NCBI GenBank assembly: GCA_036269625.1
Contig: DATBEF010000140.1
Location: forward strand, 188-64,187
Length of the DNA: 64,000 bases
Direction of reading: 5' to 3'
DNA from: Bryobacteraceae bacterium
Lineage (GTDB): Bacteria > Acidobacteriota > Terriglobia > Bryobacterales > Bryobacteraceae
Within the stretch, counting starts at the first letter, position 1. Each line of letters starts with the position of its first letter. The notes under the pieces are model-generated. The model saw nothing but the letters and a program-made list of their open reading frames with translations, was not told where the DNA came from and ran no database searches. The position numbers and the translations under genes were made by a program. Shown piece after piece: positions 30,701 through 39,421 of the stretch.

Positions 30701-30793
30701 ATCAAAGCGTACTTCCGCGCGTGTACGCCGAGTAAGAACGGAAGCCAGTTCGTCCGCCTCTTTCGCAGAAAGTACGGTTTGCGGCGGAAGCAT
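27731..30793 (-). CDS. FAD-binding (GlcD-like) and Fe-S/CCG-domain (GlcF-like) fusion oxidoreductase, YdiJ-like, with C-terminal TM tail
   Basis: 1020 aa with an FAD PCMH domain. 4Fe-4S motif LCLACKGCKGDCP. CCG motifs PLCCGRP and SGCCGLAGSFG. C-terminal hydrophobic LTAAVGAGLLVTGGLLLL. Confidence 0.88.
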   Translation of the reverse strand: MLPPQTVLSAKEADELASVLTRRTRAEVRFDPGSKALYASDLSMYRQVPIGVVVPRSIEDVVHTVAVCHERKIPILARGCGTSLAGQCCNVAVVIDFSKYLNNIVEINPHKRYAWVEPGLINDHLRNATEKYHLTLAPDPATHEYCTLGGMIGNNSCGAHTVMGGKTVENTEELEILTYDGLRMHVGPTSESDLSAVIKKGGRKGEIYAKLKSIRDRYAAHIRERYPDIPRRVSGYNLDELLPERGFNVAKALVGTESTCVLVLRAKMRLLPSPPHRAWIVIGYPNVFVAGDHAAPIRRLVNPIALEGFQKHLIENEIRKGNSPEGVHLLPQGDTWLLVEFGGDTQDEAARKARSAIRKIRDADHDQLGIHLLDRPADYQQVIKIRESGVGASRVPGEEDSRPSWEDAAVPPEKVGDYLRDFYRLLDKHGYVCTLFGHFGDGCIHTRISFNPKTAEGVKNFRAFMTEAAHTVVRHGGSLSGEHGDGQARAELLPIMFGPEIIQAFREFKSAWDPEWRMNPGKVVDPYPLDSNLREGPDYRPKPVLTVFQFPGDHGSLAQATERCFGVGKCRGMNGGTMCPSFHATREEMHSTRGRTRMLFEMLRGEVIQDGWRDEHIKDALDLCLACKGCKGDCPVNVDVATYKAEFLHHYYEGRLRPASAHAMGQIFQWANLASRAPDIANLVAQTPGLSNLAKAMAGVTQRRKLPSFANPTFKTWFERRAAETSRGTDTRPVVTLWADTFNNHFFPHTAQAAVEVLESAGYRVQVPLRPLCCGRPLFDYGLLDQAKHQLREILEVLRPQIIAGTPMVVLEPSCASVFRDELTNLFPSDEDAQRLRHQTLTFGEFLNRINYAPPTLKRTALLHAHCHQKALFGTANEQAIFSRMGLEAELLDSGCCGLAGSFGYEENHYDISMKIGERVLLPRVRSAGRDTLVITDGFSCREQILHATPRHALHLAEVLQMARHQAPSPRKKHYVETGWMQETPSYPTLTAAVGAGLLVTGGLLLLSKGEKKTRFMPAQ

Positions 30794-30795
30794 AG

Positions 30796-32610
30796 CTAAT
30801 CCTCTTTCTTCGGACCGGTGACAGCATTCTTGAGGTGACCCAAAACACCGTAGTCGCTCGCCGGGAACAATGCTTCATCCATAGCTTGGCGGCCAATCGT
30901 GAGCGATATCCTCGATCGATCACGTTCTCCGCGCGCGAGAGCCGCCGCCAAATGCTTCATCTCTGCTTTGGTCGCTTTGGGCGGCATCGGCGGCTCTAAA
31001 GGATCTGTTACGCACTCGATGACGACCGGCCCATCCATCGCGAGCGCCGCCTCGAGTTGTTGGTGACATTTTTTCGGTTCTTCAATGTGAACGCCGCGAA
31101 TACCGCATCCTTCGGCCACTTTGACAAAATCGATTGGATAGAGATCGACGCCGTACTCCGGGTTGCCCAAATAGATCATCTGCTCCCACTTGATGAGGCC
31201 CAGCGTATTGTTTTTTAGAACGATAATTTTGACCGGCAGCTTGTATTGAGCAAGCGTCGCCAGATCACCCATCGCCATACTCAGCGAGCCATCGCCGGTG
31301 AAGCTGACAACCTGCCGGCCTGGATAGGCGATTTGAGCGCCAATTGCGTAGGGAAGCCCCGCGGCCATGCTGCAGAGTGTTCCGCTAAATGAGAACTGTT
31401 GCTGCGCTCGCAACTTCATCCGCGCTATGTGAGTCGTTACGGTGCCGGAGTCGCCGGTGATTATCGCGTCATCTTCCAGAAGTTGTCCGAGATTCCAGGC
31501 GACGACCTGGGGCTTCATGGGCTTTTCCGTCCGCCGGCCGCGTTCCTCCATCAAATCCCACCATTCATCCATCCCTTCTTGCGCCTGCTGCAGGAATGCG
31601 CGATCCTCATTGCGCGGAAGATACATCAACAACTCACGTAAAGTTGCTTGTGCATCGCCGACAAGCCCGATTTCGACGGGATAGCGCAGACCGATGCGCT
31701 CCGGCTTATCGTCGATTTGTATTCCAACCGCCTGACCGGGCTTTGGAAGAAATTCGATGTAGGGGAAGGAACTTCCGATAATGAGCAACGCGTCGCAATT
31801 CTCGAATACGTCGGAAGAAGGGCGTGTTCCGACGACCCCAGTTCCGCCCGTTGTGTAAGCGCTGTCGTCGGGAAGAACGTCCTTTCCAAGCAAGGCTTTC
31901 ACGACCGGCGCAGATAAGCGCTCTGCGGTTTGAATTACTTCTTCCCGTGCTCCGCGCGCGCCGGCGCCGACGAGAATGGCTATTTTCTTTTTGCCCTGCA
32001 GTAGATGGGCGGCTTTCTCGAGCTGCGAGCGCTCCGGAATGCGCCTGGGGACTGTGAATGCCTCAGACGTGTGTCCCTTCACATTGCGCATATAGCGTTT
32101 TTCCTGCGACATGTCTGCGACCTGGTAATCGATCGGAAGCGCAAGATGTGAAACGCCCCTGGTGCTGAGAGCGGCACGGCATGCGTAATCGACAATATTC
32201 TTGGCGTGTGCCGGCCCCATCAGTCGTTGGTTATAAACAGCCAAATCCTGGTAAAAGTAATCCTGATTCAGGTCTTGCAGATAATTCGTTCCGATCAGGT
32301 CGTGATAGGTCATGCCGGTGATCGCAAGCACAGGCGCCTGATCGATTTTCGCGTCGTAGAGGCCATTCATCAGGTGAATCGCTCCGGGACCCGTTGTCGC
32401 GAAGCACACACCGAGTTTGCCTGTGAATTTTGCGTATCCGCTGGCAGCCATGGCAGCAGTCTCTTCATGACGTACGTGGACGTAGCGGATCTTCTGCCGA
32501 TGCGTGCGGAGGGCCTCTACAAATCCGTTAATTCCATCCCCTGGCAGGCCAAAGATTACCTCTACGCCCCAATCCAGAAGAGTTTCGACCAAAACATCAG
32601 AAGCAGTCAT
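30796..32610 (-). CDS. thiamine-pyrophosphate enzyme, pyruvate oxidase/dehydrogenase (PoxB-like)
   Basis: VEVIFGLPGDGINGFVEAL..HEETAAMAASGYAKFTGKLGVCFATTGPGAIHLMNGLYDA and TPP motif GDGSLSMAMGDL are present. Confidence 0.85.
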   Translation of the reverse strand: MTASDVLVETLLDWGVEVIFGLPGDGINGFVEALRTHRQKIRYVHVRHEETAAMAASGYAKFTGKLGVCFATTGPGAIHLMNGLYDAKIDQAPVLAITGMTYHDLIGTNYLQDLNQDYFYQDLAVYNQRLMGPAHAKNIVDYACRAALSTRGVSHLALPIDYQVADMSQEKRYMRNVKGHTSEAFTVPRRIPERSQLEKAAHLLQGKKKIAILVGAGARGAREEVIQTAERLSAPVVKALLGKDVLPDDSAYTTGGTGVVGTRPSSDVFENCDALLIIGSSFPYIEFLPKPGQAVGIQIDDKPERIGLRYPVEIGLVGDAQATLRELLMYLPRNEDRAFLQQAQEGMDEWWDLMEERGRRTEKPMKPQVVAWNLGQLLEDDAIITGDSGTVTTHIARMKLRAQQQFSFSGTLCSMAAGLPYAIGAQIAYPGRQVVSFTGDGSLSMAMGDLATLAQYKLPVKIIVLKNNTLGLIKWEQMIYLGNPEYGVDLYPIDFVKVAEGCGIRGVHIEEPKKCHQQLEAALAMDGPVVIECVTDPLEPPMPPKATKAEMKHLAAALARGERDRSRISLTIGRQAMDEALFPASDYGVLGHLKNAVTGPKKED

Positions 32611-33100
32611 CCCGATACCGAATCAGCCTTCCCGATAGACAAGTTTTGAGTTAGAGGGCTAATAGCCGTTTTCAATCGATCGTGCGAAGATCCAATGGCT
32701 TCTGTGCTGAGGACGCGAGTGTTTTCACTTCTGTTTCGTGATTGACATAGATAGAAAGACTTCGAGGGAACGCCTTTCGAAAAGTTCAAATAAACACGCG
32801 TTACGGCAACTGTTTTGCGTTATTCAAGGAGGCTGATACAGCGGGAGAGGTGCGCACAAGGGTGGTCGATCTGGGCAAGACGTTTTTTACGCCCTCGTAG
32901 AAATTACACGGCATTGCAACAGACACCGCGTTCGCACCGATTTCGATCCTCTGGCCAAAGATGCCAACAACTGTTGGCCACCATGCAGGCCGTGGGGCTA
33001 AGCCGAATGTTGGTAGTTTCCCTTGATGCGCTCTTCCAAGATTCGGGTATATTGGCGGCGCTACTGCGCCGTACACTGCTGCGCTGCAGGAGAAATAGAT

Positions 33101-34452
33101 ATGACGGATGATGGAAACACTTACGCATCGAAAGAGGAAGTCACCGAGCTGCGCGAGCAGATACGTGGCCTGCGGGAACGTCAGGAGCAAGACAAACAGC
33201 CTGACAGCGCTAACGGCAATAAGGAAGAGAAAGCCGCGGACCAGGGCGAGAAGGAAACGGACGAAGAAAAACAGGAGCCAGAGAAAAAACCTCATCCAGT
33301 CCGGAAAATAGCTCTCATCGCGATTGCTGTACTGGTGCTGGGAGGCGGTGCTCTATTCTGGCTGAGTTCACGACATTACGAAAGCACCGACGATGCATTC
33401 GTCGATGGCCATACCAGCGGAATCGCAGCACGGATTCCCGGCACTGTCACGAGCGTATATGTCGAGGAAAACGAATTCGTGAAAGCGGGCCAGGTGCTGG
33501 TAGATCTCGACCCGCGCGATTACGAATCCACTTTGGAGCAGGCGCAGGCCCAATTATCACAGGCGCATGCACAGACTCAAGCCGAGCGGCCGAATGTCCT
33601 TCTGACCGAAGTTACGAATCGGACCAATATTGCGACGACTGCCGCGGACGTAACTAGCGCCGAAGCGGGAGTAACTGCGGCTGAACAGGAGTATCAGGCT
33701 GCGCTTGCGAAGGTGAACGAATCGGCAGCAAACAGTTCCAAGGCCCAAACGGACGTTGCACGATTCAAGCCGCTGGTGGACAAGGACGAAGTAGCGCGCG
33801 AGCAGTTTGATCAAATTGTGGCCACTGCGAAATCCTTCGCTGCTACGCTCGCTGCGAACCAGACGAGTGCTACTGCCGCCCAGAAGCAATTGGACCAACG
33901 TCGCGCACAACTGATGCAGGCCCAAAAGCGAGCGGAAGAAGTGCTCGATAACGCTCCACCACAATTAGCTGCTCGCCAAGCGACTGTGCTCACTCGCCGA
34001 GCCGGAACAGAAACAGCGCGTGCAGAGCTCAATCAGGCGATTTTGAATCTGTCGTATTGCAAGATCGTTGCACCCGTAAATGGCATTGTGGCCAAGCGGA
34101 TTGCTGAACCTGGCCAGCACCTGGCGCCCGGACAGCAGGTTTTCTTAATCACCCAGCTCGACAATTTGTGGGTCACGGCAAATTAAAGAGAGACGCAATT
34201 GAGGCGCATGCACTCGGGGCAAAGAGTGCGGATACACGTGGATGCGCTGAGCGCCGATTTCGACGGCTATCTCGAAAGCATGCCCGCCGCATCCGGCGCG
34301 GTGACCAGCCTGCTGCCTCCAGAAAACGCAATGGGTAACTTCGTGAAAATTGTCCAGCAGCTGCCGGTGCGCATCCGCTTCAAGAAAAATCAGAACGGCC
34401 TCGACCGGCTGCGCCCGGCATGTCGGTCGAGCCGAAGATGAGGGTCGGCTAA
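33101..34452 (+). pseudogene. HlyD/EmrA-type membrane fusion protein gene, inactivated
   Basis: ATG 33101 with AGGAG upstream. In-frame TAA at 34184-34186 inside VTAN*RETQL. The same frame continues (GQRVRIHVDA..LLPPENAMGNFVKIVQQLPVRIRF). A 1-nt loss near 34418 breaks LRPGMSVEPKMRVG*. Confidence 0.8.
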
Positions 34453-34455
34453 CGC

Positions 34456-34685
34456 ATGCCCACCGAAATAGAAGCGCAAGGCCGGCATCCGGGACATAGC
34501 CCCTGGGCCGTGGCATTGGCCGTGACCGTTGCCACATTCATGGAGGTAATGGATATCTCCATCGCGAATGTAGCGCTGCCGCACATTGCAGGCGGATTGT
34601 CCGCGGGCGTAGACGAGTCCACCTGGATACTCACGAGCTACTTGGTTTCGAATGCGATCATCTTGCCGATCTCCGCCTGGCTAAA
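34456..34685 (+). pseudogene. EmrB/QacA-type (DHA2) MFS transporter gene, only the first ~75 codons
   Basis: ATFMEVMDISIANVALPHIAGGLSAGVDESTWILTSYLVSNAIILPISAWL, after which similarity stops abruptly. Confidence 0.75.
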
Positions 34686-34693
34686 GATTGGTT

Positions 34694-35191
34694 TCATGCA
34701 CGAATCAATCGCCCAATGTTGTTGGGCGGCACACTGTTATGGTTATTCGACGATTCTTGACTCACGGAACGGATGTTGGGAATCGGCGGTCGTCCGGCTG
34801 CGGCTCGGCTTATGCTTTTGGCCAAATTGGCGCTAGTCTCCTTGGGAGGAAACACCGTATATAAGATCTGCAGATTGATGCCCGCGTTCGCCCGCGCCCA
34901 GGAGATCCAATTTCTGTCCATATTGCCGTAGAGGCAATCGAAGAACCAGAGCTCCTTCAAGTTAGTTAGCTTGCTGCTACGGTTGTTTACGATTGTCCAC
35001 ATAGGGAAGCCGCCGCCCGAGTGCGCAGCGATCACGAGGTTACCCAGCGTGGCAGGAGTAACGCGCTTGCCAGTGGGTCCAAAGCCATTCCACTCCTGAT
35101 CGCGATCTACAAGACACTTGCCGGCAGCTTGTTCATTAGTCTGTTCCGCGGCTGCGAGCAGGACTCCGTCAAGGAAGCTGTCAAAGTTCGT
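34694..35191 (-). pseudogene. unassigned hydrolase-like fragment (A-H-S-G-G motif)
   Basis: ..LGNLVIAAHSGGGFPMWTIVNN..LKELWFFDCLYGNMDRNWISWARANAG... There is no proper start and an in-frame TAA at 35192-35194 upstream. Confidence 0.35.
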
Positions 35192-35308
35192 TTAATTGCC
35201 AATCCAGCTGCCAACATCGGGAACGCTCTCCAGGTTGGGCATTACTCCTGCAGCGCGGATTTCGGCGAAGCTTCTGTGATGACTCACCAGTCGTCCAGGA
35301 GAACCGAG

Positions 35309-35503
35309 ATGAGCAAACCGCGCAAGATCCAGAAGGAACCGTCGCCGCCACCGGCCGAGCCGCGCCAGATGAGTATTGTGTTCGAGTCGAACGGCCTTCG
35401 CGGCCTGTCCGCTGCCGAGCGCACAAAGGCCCTGATGGACCTGGCCTATCTGCTTATGCTGGCGGCCGGGGTCGTGGTCGAGGAGAACGACGATGAGCGC
35501 TGA
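35309..35503 (+). CDS. small protein translationally coupled to serine recombinase 1
   Basis: 64 aa (MSKPRKIQKEP..MSIVFESNGLRGLSAAERTKALMDLAYLLMLAAGVVVEENDDER). AGGAG lies 8 nt upstream. Its 3-prime end overlaps the recombinase start (ATG 35493) by 11 nt. Confidence 0.5.
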   Translation: MSKPRKIQKEPSPPPAEPRQMSIVFESNGLRGLSAAERTKALMDLAYLLMLAAGVVVEENDDER

Positions 35504-37560
35504 GATACTGCCCGCGGCGCTCCTGAAGCGCAAGGCCGTGGTCTATGTGCGTCAGTCCACGCAAACACAGGTGCAAACGAACCTGGAGAGTCAGCGTCGG
35601 CAGTACGATCTGGTTGAAGTGGCGCGGCGGCATGGCTTCGTCGACATTGAAGTAATTGACGATGATCTTGGGCGTTCTGCGAGTGGCTCTGTGGACAGAC
35701 CGGGCTTCGAGCGGCTCGTCGCTTCCGTTTGCGCTGGAGATGTCGGCGCAGTGCTGTGCTTCGATGCGTCGCGGTTGTCGCGCAACGGTCGAGACTGGCA
35801 TCATCTGCTCGAGTTGTGTGGCCTGGTCCAAGCGCGAGTGATCGACGCGGAGGGTGTGTATGACCCGTGTCGTCCGAACGATCGCCTGCTGCTCGGTATG
35901 AAGGGCAGCATCAGCGAGTTCGAACTCTTCGTGATCCGTTCGCGCATGCTCGATGCCAAACACGGCAAGGCCCAGCGCGGTGAACTGCGTATGAGCGTGC
36001 CGATCGGCTACATCTGGCATCGCGAGATCGGTCTGGGTTTCGACCCGGACCTGCGTGTGCAAGAAGCAGTCCGCGTGATCTTTGCGCGCTTCCGTCAGCA
36101 CGGTAGCGCACGCCAAGTATTGTTGTCGTTGGCCGCTGAACAGATGCACTTTCCACGCCCCTCCGATGGCAAGAAGTTGGTGAGAGTTGAGTGGACGCCG
36201 ATCTGCTATCGCAGCGTCATCTCGATCTTGAAGAACCCGTTCTACGCCGGTGCCTATGCCTACGGCAAGAGCCAGAAGGACACAGTGCTGATCGAGGGGC
36301 GTGCACGTACGACGTATAAGCACCGCAAGCCTATTGACCAGTGGGAGGTTATCATCAAGAACACCACGAAGACTGCATCGAGTGGAGCGAGTTCGAACGC
36401 AATCAAAAGTTACTCGCGGCGAACGCCTACGGGAAGGCCGACGGAATCAAATCCGGACGCGGTGGTCGCTCCTTGTTACCTGGACTTCTGCTGTGCGGAC
36501 GCTGTGGCCGTCGACTCAAGGTGGTCTACTCAGGTCGGGCTCCCGGTCAGCCGGTGTACCGTTGCGAGCTTCCCAACCAGCTGTTCGGTCGCCCACGATG
36601 TATTATCTTCGGAGCAAAGCGCGTAGATGCTGCCGTTGCACGCGAGTTGCTGCGTGCTGTGGAGCCGATGGCTATTGAGGCGGCACTTGAAGCCGAGCGC
36701 AGGCATATGGACCTACAAGGCGAGCGACGACGCATCGTAGAGTTGGAACTGCAGCAGGCCCACTACGAGGCCTCGCTTGCAGAACGCCGCTACGCCGCCT
36801 GCGATCCTGGTAATCGGCTTATCGCTGCACAGCTTAAAAAAACTGGGAAGCAGCACTGCAGCGTGTACAAGGCTGTGAGGTGCGATTGGCCGCACTTGAG
36901 ACGCCAAGTTCCACCACACCAACACCCAACTTTGTCGGGCTCGCAGACGACCTCGAGGCGGCCTGGAATGCGCCAGGGGTGATCATGCGATCGCGCCAAC
37001 AACTTCTTCGCGCTGATCGCTGAGATCATCGCCGATTACGACCATAGCTTGCGAGAGATCGTCCTCAAGATCCACTGGCGCGGCGGCCAGCATTCTGAAC
37101 TCCGAGTTCCTAAGCCTAAATCCGGAGAACATGGCTGCCGAACTATCGAGGAAGCCGTTGCCGTGATCGGCACCATGGCAACGCGATGGTCGGACGAGGA
37201 CATCGCTGCCACGTTGAACCGCATGGGATTGCCTACCGGCCAGGGTAAAACGTGGACTGCAAACCGAGTCAGCTCTTTACGTCGCGTACGAGGAATAAAA
37301 CGCGTATCGATCGGCCGAGAAGAATGGAGAGTGGCTCACCATGTCGGAAGCCGCCGTGAAACTCGGCGTCTCAAATCATCAGATCCGTCGGCTCATTAAA
37401 ACAAGGCATCCTCGCCGCCGATCAGGTCGTTCCCGATGCTCCGTATCAAATCCTAGCGAACGATCTGCTCGATGAGCGCGTCACTACCGCGATCGCACGA
37501 AAAGGCCGTCCGTATCGGCCGAATTCCGAGAAGCAAACCTCCATGTTTTCAAAGACTTGA
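35493..37560 (+). pseudogene. large serine recombinase gene 1, multiply frameshifted
   Basis: Resolvase N-domain KAVVYVRQSTQTQ..SRLSRNGRDWHHLLELC. Recombinase domain and zinc ribbon LLLCGRCGRRLKVVYSG. Coiled coil. C-terminal HTH-like MSEAAVKLGVSNHQIRRLI. The reading must switch frame about 5 times (near 36350, 36838, 37015, 37300, 37400). Confidence 0.85.
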
Positions 37561-37588
37561 AAATGAGGTGCACAATGAACTCCCTTTT

Positions 37589-38305
37589 GCGACGAGCCGC
37601 CAAGCGTACTTCGTATTGCGCTTGTTCCAGTTCCAGGGAGAGCGCACGATGACGCTGTCGTTGTTGCTCAGCAACACGTGCCGCAACCTCTAAAGCTGCT
37701 TCTATGGCGTGCCTTCCACGGCCTTCAAGATCTCAGTGGCAATCGCACGGTCTGGCCGCAAGCCGCCGAACGAGATCCACCAGTCCCCACCGTGATTAAT
37801 GTGTGCGCCGCGGCAATGATAGCGTGGCACCTCACCGTGTGAGCCGCTATAGGCAACGTGGAGCATCCTGCCGCACCGTCGGCAACGCAATAATCCCGCT
37901 AACAAGCTCCGCCCGCCGCGGCCTGCCTTTGGTTCCCTGCGTGATTTCATATGCGCGTTATCGGTGAGCATCACTTGGTTCCGTTCGAACTGCTCCCAAG
38001 CAATGTAACCGGAATGGTGGTTGCGAATCAAGACCATCCAGGTATCGACCGGTTTGAAGTGTCCATCGCTTTTTCTCGCTCGACCGTCGATTACTTTAAT
38101 TCGTGATTCTGTTTTGCCGAATGCATAAGCGCCGGCATACATCGGATTTCGCACCATGTGCCAGATCGTGTTGTATACCGGTAGCTTCCAAACGATAGTG
38201 TTTCCAGGCGCCTCCGCTACAAGTGAATCACTTGCCCGGGAGAAGATTGCCGAATGTAAACTATGGCCCGCGCTTCAAATGATCCGGTGATACTTTTGGG
38301 TTCAT
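37589..38305 (-). pseudogene. large serine recombinase gene 2, internally deleted and truncated
   Basis: MNPKVSPDHLKRG / AIVYIRQSSPGQV is joined directly to VWKLPVYNTIWHMVRNPMYAGAYAFGK, so the catalytic domain is lost. Zinc ribbon LLRCRRCGRMLHVAYSG. The coiled coil ends at LAARR, 28 nt from the stop of recombinase 1. Confidence 0.75.
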
Positions 38306-38475
38306 CGCCGATCTCCTTCATCGCACTGAGTGGGCTCGACGATTGCCGCCTTCAACAGTAGGTCGGCAAGGGTGATGGCGAGTTCCCGCTGCTTGTCTTC
38401 TGGCAGTAGCATCGGTTCGCTTTTACAAAACTGCAGGTTCATCTGCATCATCGACGGAGGTTCATTGGGTGTCAT
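38302..38475 (-). CDS. small protein translationally coupled to serine recombinase 2
   Basis: 57 aa (MTPNEPPSMMQ..EDKQRELAITLADLLLKAAIVEPTQCDEGDRR). AAGGAG lies upstream. Stop overlaps the recombinase ATG (ATGA). Confidence 0.45.
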   Translation of the reverse strand: MTPNEPPSMMQMNLQFCKSEPMLLPEDKQRELAITLADLLLKAAIVEPTQCDEGDRR

Positions 38476-38772
38476 TCGTGCGCTCCTTTAGCACCGGTTG
38501 CAGTGATGCTTTATCGCTTTTTGCGCTCGAACGCAATCGGTCAAGCAATGTGTGCAGCTCGGCGAGCGCTGCGGCGGAAACTAGTGGTGTGCCACGGCGA
38601 CTTCGGAAGCTTTTGCTGCATCGGCGAACCACGATGGGAATCCGCCGATAGTTCCATCCGGTAACTCGAAGAAAATGTAATCTCCATGAGGAAACTTCAC
38701 CCTTCTCTGAACGACGAGACTCTGTCCATACAGGGGATGAAACTGATAGTGAACCTTGATGATCTCGGTCCA
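38462..38772 (-). pseudogene. DUF5372-like (Y4bD/Y4pK-like) gene remnant
   Basis: [47 protein letters not shown], then a frameshift into ..LVSAAALAELHTLLDRL... The family call is from memory of the HPL-x-G-Q / LPDG / W-x-x-D pattern. Confidence 0.4.
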
Positions 38773-38785
38773 TGGGCATTATGTT

Positions 38786-39421
38786 TCTGACTCGCCCGGG
38801 ACCGGCAAGACGCATCTGGCGACCGGGTTATGTGTAGCCGCTTGCCGGCAGCGACGACGTGCGCGCTTCACCACCGCCACGGCTCTGGTAAACGATCTGG
38901 TGGAAGCCAAACACGGCAATCAGCTGAGTCGCGCGCTGGGCCGCTGGTCGCGTTACGAACTGATTGTGATCGACAAGCTTGGCTACGTCCCGCTGGCAGA
39001 AGTGGGCGCCGAGTTGCTGTTTCAGGTCATTGCGGATCGCGCCGAGAAGGCAGCCGTGATTGTCACGACCAATCTGCCATTTTCCGAATGGCCGCAAGTG
39101 TTCCCCAGCGCGCGTTTGTGCAAAGCCATGCTGGGCCGCCTGACGGACCGGGCACACATATTGGAAACCGGGACTGAATCCTTTCGTTTCCGGCGGACGA
39201 TTGCTTCCAGGCAGAAGAACACTGGTCGGGGCCGGCCGACCGCCGAAGTTTTGGAAGAGCGAGCTTCAGCTTCGCCCTAAACGCGCCGTGTTGTGGGCGA
39301 CGCAAAGCTACGCTCCAGCCCGCCCTTCCAAAACCAGATAAGGAACGAATGTTATTAGCTTTGGGGTGGGGCCAAATGTAGCGATCAAAGTGGGGCCAAA
39401 TCAAGTTGACAAACGCACACA
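38786..39421 (+). mobile_element. istB: IS21-family right-hand remnant (istB 3-prime part plus terminal repeats)
   Basis: IstB from Walker A onward ([55 protein letters not shown]), stop at 39280. Two direct GTGGGGCCAAAT copies (39366-39377, 39390-39401). The element ends ..ACGCACACA. Confidence 0.8.

Noticed and set aside
32801-33295. 164-aa minus-strand ORF in the poxB-emrA intergenic region and the emrA 5-prime end.
   Set aside because: It has an F/L/R-rich low-complexity translation. It is largely antisense to the charged N-terminal region of the membrane-fusion gene. No start context was seen.
35454-36323. 289-aa minus-strand ORF across the first serine recombinase gene.
   Set aside because: It is antisense to clear resolvase and recombinase motifs on the plus strand. 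The translation is R/A/H-rich and has no recognisable features.
39366-39401. Two identical 12-nt direct repeats (GTGGGGCCAAAT), considered as a possible mini CRISPR or other array.
   Set aside because: There are only two copies, 12 nt apart. They lie immediately downstream of istB and end in ..CACA, which fits the multiple terminal repeats of IS21-family ends.
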